From IMG/VR virus record IMGVR_UViG_3300005611_000081, positions 1-37,704 of that record: 37,704 nucleotides of DNA. The stretch is one strand, 5' to 3'. Below are positions 1 through 7,825 of this stretch, one piece after another. Source of the stretch: a virus (Duplodnaviria > Caudoviricetes). A program made the position numbers and the translations under genes. Positions within the stretch are counted from its first letter, which is position 1. Each line of letters begins with the position of its first letter. The notes below the pieces were generated by a model. The model searched no databases. It was given only the letters and a program-made list of their open reading frames with translations, and was not told the origin of the DNA.

Positions 1-9
1 AGATAAAGT

Positions 10-279
10 ATGACATGGTTAAAAGATAGTAACACGCACTTAAATAAGAGCGAGCACGATAATAGCAAGTCCGACAATAGCGCCTTGTTATGTTGCTCTG
101 ATTGTAGTAACTGCGATTTTGAAGCTTATGAGCAAGACAAGGAACATGAAATGATATATGGGAAGCCGAAAGGTATGCATTGGTGCGCTGAAGCACAGAG
201 GCGAACAGGTACTAAAACTGGTTGCGGATATGAAAGAAGATTTGGAAAATGTGGTGAACAAGCCATTTATTGGATTTAA
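10..279 (+). CDS. Hypothetical Cys-rich protein; N-terminus reads through a degenerate attC-like site
   Basis: 89-aa ORF with CxxCxxC and further Cys. Its ATG overlaps the TGA of the junction-spanning ORF if the genome is circular. Confidence 0.6.
   Translation: MTWLKDSNTHLNKSEHDNSKSDNSALLCCSDCSNCDFEAYEQDKEHEMIYGKPKGMHWCAEAQRRTGTKTGCGYERRFGKCGEQAIYWI
27..94 (-). repeat. Degenerate attC-like site
   Basis: Minus strand reads ACATAAC-AAGGC-GCTATTGTCGGACTTGCT...GCTCGCTCTTATTTAAGTGCGT-GTTAC. The ends and the CGGAC segment are attC-like but internal pairing is poor. Confidence 0.45.
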
Positions 280-281
280 GA

Positions 282-342
282 ACATAACCCTTAAATAAAC
301 GGCTACAGCTCTACCGTAGTCCGTTTGATTTTGTTGTTAGCT
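282..342 (-). repeat. attC-like integron cassette recombination site (~61 bp)
   Basis: The + strand folds as TAAC(285-288)-5nt-AATAAACGG-CTAC-loop-GTAG-[T320]-CCGTTT-[G327]-ATT-5nt-GTTA(336-339). This gives R boxes, 5-nt spacers, L boxes and extrahelical G and T. Confidence 0.75.
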
Positions 343-364
343 GTTAATTTAAGGAAATTTGAGA

Positions 365-664
365 ATGAAAAAAGTAAGACACTGGGTGCAAGAAACGATT
401 GAAAGCGGGCGATTTGTAGAAACTGGTGCAATGTCAGAGTGTGGAGCAGAACTTTATGCAAAGCATGTTGAACAAGCTGAAATACTTGATTGCTCAGAGC
501 ATGAAATTGCTTATGCTCGAATCTCTGATAAATACAAAACAGCACAGCGTGATTTAAATACAGCAAAGGCGCTTATAGCAGACATTAAAGAATTTGATGT
601 TGAGTCATTTTTGATTTTGCCGCATGAGCTAAGAAAAAGAATGCAGGCACTTTTAGACAGCTAA
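365..664 (+). CDS. Hypothetical protein (cassette-borne, helical)
   Basis: ORF 359..664, with ATG at 365 after AAGGA. The stop TAA lies inside the core site ACAGCTAAC. Confidence 0.7.
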   Translation: MKKVRHWVQETIESGRFVETGAMSECGAELYAKHVEQAEILDCSEHEIAYARISDKYKTAQRDLNTAKALIADIKEFDVESFLILPHELRKRMQALLDS

Positions 665-716
665 CACTTTATTAGAAGGAGTCCGTATTTCCCAGTGTTA
701 TACGGAATCCGTATAA
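657..716 (-). other. Candidate attI-like or atypical att site
   Basis: Core GTTAGCT on the minus strand (665-659), direct repeat TCCGTAT (682-688, 708-714), inverted repeat TAACACT/AGTGTTA (662-668/694-700), and palindrome TTATACGGA-A-TCCGTATAA (698-716). Confidence 0.4.
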
Positions 717-748
717 GTCGACAAAACAACTATTATAAGGGAATCCAT

Positions 749-1000
749 ATGGCTAGAAATTATTTAATAACTGAAGAAGGTAGAGAGTGCGCAAAGTGCG
801 AAAAATTTCTTTTATGGGGAGAGTTTAGCAAGAATAAGACTACGCCAACAGGGTATCAGTCTAGATGCAAACTGTGCTGTTCTACTGGATTGAGAGAATA
901 TAAGAGGCGCAACAAAAAAACCACGTATGCGCCTGAACATGGCTTCAATCTTAAAGCTCAATTATTTTATCTAGGAATAAAAAAAGCCCTAGAAAGCTAG
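749..1000 (+). CDS. Small Zn-binding protein (CxxC...CxxC, like the N-terminal domain of phage HNH/endoVII-type nucleases)
   Basis: RECAKCEK...EFSKNKTTPTGYQSRCKLC. ATG at 749 after AAGGGA. No nuclease domain follows. Confidence 0.65.
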   Translation: MARNYLITEEGRECAKCEKFLLWGEFSKNKTTPTGYQSRCKLCCSTGLREYKRRNKKTTYAPEHGFNLKAQLFYLGIKKALES

Positions 1001-1004
1001 GGCT
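979..1004 (-). terminator. Rho-independent terminator ending the late/lysis operon
   Basis: Stem AGCCCTAG(985-992)/CTAGGGCT(997-1004) with a 4-nt loop, followed by a T-run on the minus strand. Confidence 0.8.
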
Positions 1005-1045
1005 AAATATTACTACGGGGAAGGACTATGAAAATCCATTATACA

Positions 1046-1129
1046 TTAATAATCAATGACACACCTAATAAATCCTAATGCTTTAAAAACAATCCATAGA
1101 ATAGCTATTAAAAGCTGTTCTGCGAGCAT
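1046..1129 (-). CDS. Possible 27-aa hydrophobic peptide (MLAEQLLIAILWIVFKALGFIRCVIDY)
   Basis: Read by hand. Starts 7 nt after the o-spanin stop; RBS is weak. Confidence 0.3.
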   Translation of the reverse strand: MLAEQLLIAILWIVFKALGFIRCVIDY

Positions 1130-1136
1130 CTTAGAT

Positions 1137-1325
1137 TTATAAACAGCGTTCGAGATAAATAGCATTATTGATATTTATCTGATCGATTACAGATTGATCT
1201 ACGTCAATATAGTTTCGTACTGGCTCATACAGCGCACAATAAGAATCAACCGTTGAAGTGGTCTTGCACCCGCTTAACATAATCAGGATCGCTAGCAATT
1301 TTATCGCGTGTTTTACGTCTGACAT
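1137..1325 (-). CDS. o-spanin (Rz1-like outer-membrane lipoprotein)
   Basis: Signal peptide with lipobox LSGC. Overlaps the 3' part of the i-spanin in another frame and lies at the end of the lysis cassette. Confidence 0.8.
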   Translation of the reverse strand: MSDVKHAIKLLAILIMLSGCKTTSTVDSYCALYEPVRNYIDVDQSVIDQININNAIYLERCL

Positions 1326-1452
1326 CTATCACCCCTGACCACTCCTCAAGCTCTTCATCTTTGTCGCGCATTCTGTTATTAGTTGCGCCATGAAGCAACC
1401 AGCCGAACAAAGCTATGATTAGCGCTAGTGCGCCTATTAGCCACTCAATCAT
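1246..1452 (-). CDS. i-spanin (Rz-like)
   Basis: One N-terminal TM segment followed by a charged helical region; overlapped by the lipoprotein gene. Confidence 0.72.
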   Translation of the reverse strand: MIEWLIGALALIIALFGWLLHGATNNRMRDKDEELEEWSGVIDVRRKTRDKIASDPDYVKRVQDHFNG

Positions 1453-1634
1453 TTGTCGTCTGCGTTTTTGTTCTTGCCGACATTGCCAGCTAAAAAATTT
1501 AAAACTCTTAACAGCTTGCTTATAACTTCATCATCCGTTTTAGTTGGTGTAATAGCTGTAATAGCTGTACACGCTGTTACTACTGTGGTTATCGCGACTA
1601 TCCACGCAGGGATATTTTCAAAGAACTCGATCAT
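1449..1634 (-). CDS. Small membrane protein, holin/antiholin-like
   Basis: 61 aa with a TM segment, TPTKTDD turn, amphipathic helix and charged tail. ATGA-coupled on both sides. Confidence 0.6.
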   Translation of the reverse strand: MIEFFENIPAWIVAITTVVTACTAITAITPTKTDDEVISKLLRVLNFLAGNVGKNKNADDK

Positions 1635-2059
1635 GCTGAAACCTCTTTTAGAAAGTTTTCTATCTGTAAGTAATACGACTTATCGCTGCTTTTCTTTGCA
1701 ATATATTTAGCATCAACTCCCATTATTTCACCATCATAGGCCGTTGTCATTAAAACTGGTATATTATTTCGCCAGCAGAATCTAAATAATTGATCGCCAT
1801 TTGTTTTACCGGCCAATTTATAGTCAACTATGACTGCTTTAGGCGGGTTTAAAGCGAGTCTGAAGCCTATAGATTCTAAGCTTCTAAAGTATCTAACGTC
1901 GTATTTCTCAAAAGCCGTATTCATTTTTAACAGCATTATATCAGACTCGCTATCTTCAACGACATAAACAAGAGGCCGCTTTATTTTTCGCCATAATTTC
2001 ATTAAGCCTACTACCACCAAAGCCGTTAAAAGCGCGTCAAATACTGAATCTAATATCAT
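1631..2059 (-). CDS. Membrane-anchored CheY-like response-regulator receiver domain protein
   Basis: TM segment plus KLWRKIKR, then [10 protein letters not shown] (acidic pocket), [17 protein letters not shown] (phospho-Asp), IPVLMTTAY (Thr) and YIAKK (Lys). Confidence 0.85.
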   Translation of the reverse strand: MILDSVFDALLTALVVVGLMKLWRKIKRPLVYVVEDSESDIMLLKMNTAFEKYDVRYFRSLESIGFRLALNPPKAVIVDYKLAGKTNGDQLFRFCWRNNIPVLMTTAYDGEIMGVDAKYIAKKSSDKSYYLQIENFLKEVSA

Positions 2060-2337
2060 TTTTTATAACCTAATATGCTAAGCTTAAACGATTTTATGAA
2101 AAATAAGAACCTTTCGACTACCGTTGAGCCAAAAAGCGCCGTTAAAAACACAGTACCACCAACGGATACTTTAAAATTAAAAAAATGCTGTGCAGCATTA
2201 ATTACATCATCTGCTAAAAATATCGCTAGAAAAAACGCTACAAACCACATTCTGACAAGTCTAATAAATGGTAGGCCGCCCGCATCTAAAATACTAACCG
2301 TTGCCCCTATAGCTGCTGTGATACATATCTCGTTCAA
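2056..2337 (-). CDS. Putative holin (2-3 TM segments)
   Basis: 93-aa hydrophobic protein with a basic C-terminus, ATGA-coupled directly downstream of the endolysin. Confidence 0.6.
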   Translation of the reverse strand: MNEICITAAIGATVSILDAGGLPFIRLVRMWFVAFFLAIFLADDVINAAQHFFNFKVSVGGTVFLTALFGSTVVERFLFFIKSFKLSILGYKK

Positions 2338-2675
2338 CGAAGCCCCCTGTATTTCAGGCTGTAATGATTACCGTCCCCGCTTGAAAACCTACCGCCCCAT
2401 GAACCGCCTAGCGACTCCCAAAACTCACCGAGTTCCTTGTGATCTTCAGTGGTTTGCAAAAACTTGCCATCTTTAAAAAGGTTAAAATCTACAGCTAAAC
2501 GCATTTTATGCAAACTGCTAGCGCGACCATAGCCTTCTTTTACACCAACATCACCAAAAACACGCGGGTCTCTATAAGCATCACCAAGCGTCAATTCATA
2601 ACCTCTGCTATAAGCAAAGATTACGAGCTGCGCTATCATTAGTGTAAATTTTCGTTGGTGTTGGCCTAGGGTCAT
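2334..2675 (-). CDS. Endolysin, M15 family Zn peptidase (L-Ala-D-Glu peptidase-like)
   Basis: GDAYR, SLHKMRLAVDFN (SxHxxxxAxD) and WGGRF..DGNHYS motifs. Confidence 0.88.
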   Translation of the reverse strand: MTLGQHQRKFTLMIAQLVIFAYSRGYELTLGDAYRDPRVFGDVGVKEGYGRASSLHKMRLAVDFNLFKDGKFLQTTEDHKELGEFWESLGGSWGGRFSSGDGNHYSLKYRGLR

Positions 2676-2718
2676 GGCGTTCTCGATAACTTACTTTATT
2701 TAAAGTTTTGTAGGTGCA

Positions 2719-4626
2719 TTAGTAAACATTCCTAAACAATTCATAAGCGTATGTATCCGCGCCAATCTCTCGCATTATAAATCCAATTATGCCAGGGCCG
2801 GTAAAACTGGCTCCGCCTGTCAGTGTTATATATGTTGTATCAGTTATAGTCATATTAGCTGACTCGGTTTTCAACATAACAAACCGACCATCTTTTGACT
2901 CTGCCGCCAATCTTTGCACTGTAGTTGCAACAGTGGCATTAACTCTGAATAAAGAGGCGCTTGGTACTGTTAGTATATTCGCTGCAACATCACTCTCAGT
3001 AAGAATTGTATCCCACCATTTAAGAGATATAGCACCTCGCTCTAAAAACGGGAACGCAAACGAACCGTCAAACCCCTGCGAATAGCCAGCGTTGCCGCCC
3101 CCAGTTGAATTGTCTAATATACGCTGAGTGCCAGACCCGCCCGTCCAACTTCCGACTGGATCGAAATTGTTTTTAGACATATCAATTTTCGGCGTAGTAC
3201 CGGAAAGCTCGATACCAACGACACCGGCAACTGAACCGCCTGAACCTGAAAATACTAAAGTATTATCCCTGAACGTTTTGCCTTGGTTGCTGTCAGTAAG
3301 CTTAACTAGCGTCACATTTGCTTTTGTAGACGTTGCGAAGTTATTACCTATGTAAACATTACCACGAGTCGCCGCCGTGCTGTCTAAACCGATAGAATAA
3401 CCGCTAAATATATTGCAGAATTTAACTGTATTATAATTGCCTTTGTCTAATATACCTGTCCCATCATCGCACCCCTCAAAATAGTGATTTTCTACTACAC
3501 TATTTCTTGCTTCTGTTGCCAGCGTTAACCCATTGTAAGATACGGAAGATTCGCAATCTGTTATTTTTGTATTGTAAATAAAATGACCGCTTCCCTCGTC
3601 GCCGATAACAAACGGATCTCGCCACCCTCTACAAGTGACTTTGCGGCACGTAAATAGGCCGCTGTCAGCATCTGCTTTGTAGTATAAACCGTTACCTGTT
3701 CTTGCCGCTCCGAGCGTAAATGACGCCCAGTCATTATTAAGTATATAACAGTTAGATACCTCTGAAGTCGCCGCATAGTCAATTTGCAACCCGTTACCAG
3801 TGCCGCGCTGTAGTATGCAGCAATATTGAAACATACTGTGTCCATAAAATGCTTCTAGGTGCACTGCCGGAAATGAATTACTTGTACCGTCGAAGTAAAT
3901 ATTTTGAATACATGCAGTACCGGCGCTCTTTGTTGATCCGGCTGGATCATCTATTTTAAATACTGGGGCGTCTGTTACAGACTTAATCCAAGTCCCGTTT
4001 GTTCTCGCTTGAGAAAACGCCTCACCGTTTCCGTCACCAAACATAGTAAATCTTTTGTTTCTGTCATCGTCCACAACTGTTAATGTAAGTCCAGTTACTA
4101 AGTATTCACCAGTTGGAAAATATAGCGGCCTACTATTTAACCATGCGTAATTTATGGCGTTTTGACAAGATACAGTGTCATCTGCCACGCCATCACCAAC
4201 AGCCCCGAAATCTTTTACGCTCAAGCTTATTTCTCTAAGCGTTGCTAAAACGGTGCGCTGTATTGCGTTTATGTTATCTTGACTAAAACCAGCCAACCCA
4301 CTACCGGTAGCCGCTGCTAGTTCTGTTTTTGATACGTATCCGCCCGTGACAAAATCAATGTACTCACTAACAGGATCAGCCGCCCATTGCTGAACACCGT
4401 CAGTATTTTTAAGCACTACTTTATAGGTGCCGCTTATGAAAATATCAGGAAACACACCTACGCTATTAGCAACTACTGGATTAGCATTAGGGGTAGTACC
4501 TGCACTATCAGAATAAGTATCTTTAGGCGTAGTCGTGCCAGTTTCATAAAAGAATAACTGAGCGCCTGAGCTTGGAGTTAAACCCGCGCCAACGTCGGCT
4601 AGTGGTAAAACGAATCTTGATGTCAT
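2719..4626 (-). CDS. Tailspike / receptor-binding protein with pectate-lyase-like beta-helix
   Basis: N-terminal virion-binding domain (GAQLFFYETGTTTPKDTYSD...NANPVVAN), then SVKDFGAVGDGVADDT...AIN...LYFPTGEYLV. Occupies the P22 gp9 position. Confidence 0.88.
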   Translation of the reverse strand: MTSRFVLPLADVGAGLTPSSGAQLFFYETGTTTPKDTYSDSAGTTPNANPVVANSVGVFPDIFISGTYKVVLKNTDGVQQWAADPVSEYIDFVTGGYVSKTELAAATGSGLAGFSQDNINAIQRTVLATLREISLSVKDFGAVGDGVADDTVSCQNAINYAWLNSRPLYFPTGEYLVTGLTLTVVDDDRNKRFTMFGDGNGEAFSQARTNGTWIKSVTDAPVFKIDDPAGSTKSAGTACIQNIYFDGTSNSFPAVHLEAFYGHSMFQYCCILQRGTGNGLQIDYAATSEVSNCYILNNDWASFTLGAARTGNGLYYKADADSGLFTCRKVTCRGWRDPFVIGDEGSGHFIYNTKITDCESSVSYNGLTLATEARNSVVENHYFEGCDDGTGILDKGNYNTVKFCNIFSGYSIGLDSTAATRGNVYIGNNFATSTKANVTLVKLTDSNQGKTFRDNTLVFSGSGGSVAGVVGIELSGTTPKIDMSKNNFDPVGSWTGGSGTQRILDNSTGGGNAGYSQGFDGSFAFPFLERGAISLKWWDTILTESDVAANILTVPSASLFRVNATVATTVQRLAAESKDGRFVMLKTESANMTITDTTYITLTGGASFTGPGIIGFIMREIGADTYAYELFRNVY

Positions 4627-6572
4627 TATTTAGCACCTTTTAATAGTTCATCCATCGCGTTAAATGCGTTAAAGTCATTTACTCCGCGCAATTTTTCAAA
4701 ACCCTTTTCACCAATTTTAGTTGCCGCTTCAAACATGGTTCTAGGCACGCCGTCTTTTATGGTTTGAATATTAGCCGCCTCAATATCACCCCTTAACGAT
4801 GTTTTAGCTGTGGCGCCAAATCTATCATCTAACGCATTAGCAAACCTAGCTAAATCAACAGGGCTATCTTGAAATTTACCGCCTAAACTTTTTGCAAGGT
4901 CGTCTATTTCCTTAAGAGAGTTTTCTAAATTTACTCGGTTTTGCTGATTACTCATTAACGACCTTAATCTAGTGCCAAGCGCTTTTTCACCGCCTTCACC
5001 CATTATATCTATGCTTTTACCTGCTGCTGCTTGTAAATTGTCAAAACCTTGCATTGACCTTGATAAAACGTCATTCACCCTTGCATATTCTGGATTTACA
5101 TCGCGCAATGATGTATTTAATTCGCTTCTTAATCCTTTCAATACTCGCTCACCCGCACCGCTTAAACCCCTAACGTCTTTCTTTTTGAAGTCTATCATAT
5201 TGTCTAACTGGCGTTTTAAATTATGGAAGCGTAAAGCATCAGGCCGTCCACCCTCTGCCATTAAATCAATAGCGTCCTTTATGGCGCGTTGAGCGGCTTT
5301 ATCTTTTGATATCAACGAGCCTTTAAAGTCAGGAACCGGCACTCCGTCACCAACCAAACGAACTCCTAAATCATCTAGCGACGACTCTAATTTATTTAGA
5401 ATAGGATCAGTATCTAAGGATTGTCCTTTTAGTTTGCTTTTCGCAATCTGGTTTAGCTCTTGTCTAGCTAGATCAGTTTTACTTTTTATAAACGTCAATC
5501 TTTGTAAAACAGATTCACCCGCAACGTTGGACGGCCTTAATGCGCTATCAAGCGATTCATCTGATTTTATGGCTCGCATGTTGTTTAACATTTGTCTCAT
5601 TTTTTGCTTTGTGGCTTGAGATGATGTTTTAACCGCTTGCACTGTACCCTCTCTAAAACCTTGCTTTATAGCAGCAAGTGCTATTTTATCTGGAACAACT
5701 TTATCGCCAATAAGCTTTAAGCCTGCAAGCGAACCATCCCTACCGCCGGTTTTTATTTGCTGAACTAGCGCTTTTTCAGCAGCATTCACAGCGGTTTTAT
5801 CCATTGGCAAAAGAGTTGGGTCTAGTTTTTTAGGAATCAAAGCTTTTGCTTCTGGCGTTAATGTTTCAAACTCTAAGCCTTGAGTTTTTAGCGCCTTCCT
5901 TAGCTCTATTGATGGACTGCCATCCTGATCTATTAAGGTTGAGCCTGTTTTAAGACCGCCTAGCGCCTTCATCATTAATAAAGGAGCGGCTACCGCGCCA
6001 ACTAGCGCACCAGTTTCACCGCCTACCTCTCGCCCAACTTCCGAACCTGCACCAGATGCAGCCCCCAAACCACCAGCCGCCGCTGTTCCTTGCTCTGCTG
6101 CTTGAGTTAATACCCTTGCGCCGGTCGAAGCTGCCGTTGGTGCTAACTGTTTTGCGGCCTGCTTCAATAATCCTTGACCAGTTAATCCAGCTGCTCCAAA
6201 TTCACCAGCCGTTGCCATAATTTCCGTCGGCAATCCTTCTGCCATAGTTCCTTCTGTGAACTCGCCCTTTTTAGGAATCAAAGCTTGCTGTAATGTTGGA
6301 ATTGCCTCATCACCCATTAAGGCACGAATGTTATTTACTTGATCAAGAGTTAGAAAATCTAAAAGCCCAGCCATATACCGATTAAATCCTGTTACGCCTT
6401 CCATCGCTAAGCCGCCAGCAGCCGAGCCTACCTTTTCAATAAAAGATGGTAGTTCTTTTTCGGTTTGTTGGGGCGCCGGTTCAGGATTAGCGGTTGAAAT
6501 ATCGAAACCTTTACTTTGTGGCGCTGAATCTTGTACGGGTTTGGCTGTGCTTATATCAAAAGCCATTTTCAA
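4626..6572 (-). CDS. DNA ejection protein (P22 gp16-like position)
   Basis: 648-aa helical protein with a Gly/Ala-rich hydrophobic segment; assigned by synteny. Confidence 0.65.
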   Translation of the reverse strand: MKMAFDISTAKPVQDSAPQSKGFDISTANPEPAPQQTEKELPSFIEKVGSAAGGLAMEGVTGFNRYMAGLLDFLTLDQVNNIRALMGDEAIPTLQQALIPKKGEFTEGTMAEGLPTEIMATAGEFGAAGLTGQGLLKQAAKQLAPTAASTGARVLTQAAEQGTAAAGGLGAASGAGSEVGREVGGETGALVGAVAAPLLMMKALGGLKTGSTLIDQDGSPSIELRKALKTQGLEFETLTPEAKALIPKKLDPTLLPMDKTAVNAAEKALVQQIKTGGRDGSLAGLKLIGDKVVPDKIALAAIKQGFREGTVQAVKTSSQATKQKMRQMLNNMRAIKSDESLDSALRPSNVAGESVLQRLTFIKSKTDLARQELNQIAKSKLKGQSLDTDPILNKLESSLDDLGVRLVGDGVPVPDFKGSLISKDKAAQRAIKDAIDLMAEGGRPDALRFHNLKRQLDNMIDFKKKDVRGLSGAGERVLKGLRSELNTSLRDVNPEYARVNDVLSRSMQGFDNLQAAAGKSIDIMGEGGEKALGTRLRSLMSNQQNRVNLENSLKEIDDLAKSLGGKFQDSPVDLARFANALDDRFGATAKTSLRGDIEAANIQTIKDGVPRTMFEAATKIGEKGFEKLRGVNDFNAFNAMDELLKGAK

Positions 6573-7825
6573 AGCTCCTCAAAAGTGCCATCAGGATAAA
6601 CAATAGCCCTGTTTCCGTTTCCGTCGACCATAACTTGACCGCCTTGCTTTTGACTGCCTTGCGTTGCTTGCCCCGGTTGATTAGGCTTAGATTTATTAAC
6701 CTTTTCCGACCACCCCGCAATAGTGCCACCAGAATCCAAGAACTGTATTTGCTCATTAAGATAAGAGACTAGCTTCTGCTGAGCTGCTTTTTTATCTATT
6801 AGCATCTGCTTTAATGATTCAGGCTCTTGACCTAGATCAATCGCTGTATCTAAAGCAAGATTTAATTCACCCTCAGATAGCGCCCCAAACGAAACAGCGC
6901 CTATCACGTCTAGCCCTAGCTCGTTCTGTATCTGCTTCAATTCTCTTGATGCAGCTTTTATACTAGGCATGAATTTTTGGATAGCTCCGGTATTTGCCCC
7001 TCTATCCAAAGCTGAAACTGCTCTATCTAAGTTTGATATGTTAGATTGAATCTTCCCTATTCTTTCAAATGATTGGTCTATTATCTTAACTGATGACTCA
7101 ACATCACCTTCAGCTTTTGCTATTGCGCCTTCTAGCACAGGTTTAAGCTTTATCTCTTCTTCTAGCTTTCTTTTTATCACTTCGCTTTCTATATCAGGCT
7201 TAGAAAACGCTAAATCTCTACGCTGTTCTAACTCTCGTTCGCGTATGTCTAGCCCGCGGTTGGTAGCCGCAAGCTGTTGGGCGCTTAATGTATCAGGCAT
7301 CAAAATACCCTTAGCTTGCTCGGCTAATTCTAATCCCTTACTAGCTTGCTCCTGAACCGCTTGCATCATAGCACCATCATCGAGCGCTAGAGCGCCTTCA
7401 CTTCGAGTAGTGTCTAAACCTTGCGCTTTCCACTCATTGATTTGATTTTGCAAAGCAACGCGAGCTTTGGCAGGATCATTGCCTGACAGTTTAATAATAT
7501 TCAAAGCGCCGCGCGTCATGTTTTCGTTTTCGCGTAGCATTTCTTTCCGTTCGGCTTCGTTCATGCTTGTTAAAAACGTCTGCAACTGGTTTGCGCGCTG
7601 AGGATCAACACCAGCCAAGCTACCCAATGCGGCTTTATCACCACCAAGCGCGGCTTGTGAGAATTGGCTTATTTGTGCTTGTTGTGCTTTTTCAGCCGCA
7701 AGCGCTTCATCTTGCAATCTGTTTTGCCTAAACTGATTACCAATCTGCACGCCTTGAGCAAGCCCCGTGCCAATATTTGAAAACTGAGGTACTAAATCAT
7801 ATTGATTAGCTGTGACTAATGGCAT
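6569..7825 (-). CDS. DNA ejection protein (P22 gp20-like position)
   Basis: 418-aa Gln/Ala-rich helical protein between the gp7-like and gp16-like genes. Confidence 0.65.
   Translation of the reverse strand: MPLVTANQYDLVPQFSNIGTGLAQGVQIGNQFRQNRLQDEALAAEKAQQAQISQFSQAALGGDKAALGSLAGVDPQRANQLQTFLTSMNEAERKEMLRENENMTRGALNIIKLSGNDPAKARVALQNQINEWKAQGLDTTRSEGALALDDGAMMQAVQEQASKGLELAEQAKGILMPDTLSAQQLAATNRGLDIRERELEQRRDLAFSKPDIESEVIKRKLEEEIKLKPVLEGAIAKAEGDVESSVKIIDQSFERIGKIQSNISNLDRAVSALDRGANTGAIQKFMPSIKAASRELKQIQNELGLDVIGAVSFGALSEGELNLALDTAIDLGQEPESLKQMLIDKKAAQQKLVSYLNEQIQFLDSGGTIAGWSEKVNKSKPNQPGQATQGSQKQGGQVMVDGNGNRAIVYPDGTFEEL

Noticed and set aside
88-566. Minus-strand ORFs 88..285 and 303..566 as the cassette genes
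   Set aside because: They lack clear RBSs and have shadow-like composition. The + strand ORFs have an RBS or coupling and match the direction of the surrounding operon. Not fully excluded, given the attC polarity.
2719-4626. Diversity-generating retroelement target or invertible tail-fibre system
   Set aside because: No reverse transcriptase, invertase or duplicated template repeat was seen.
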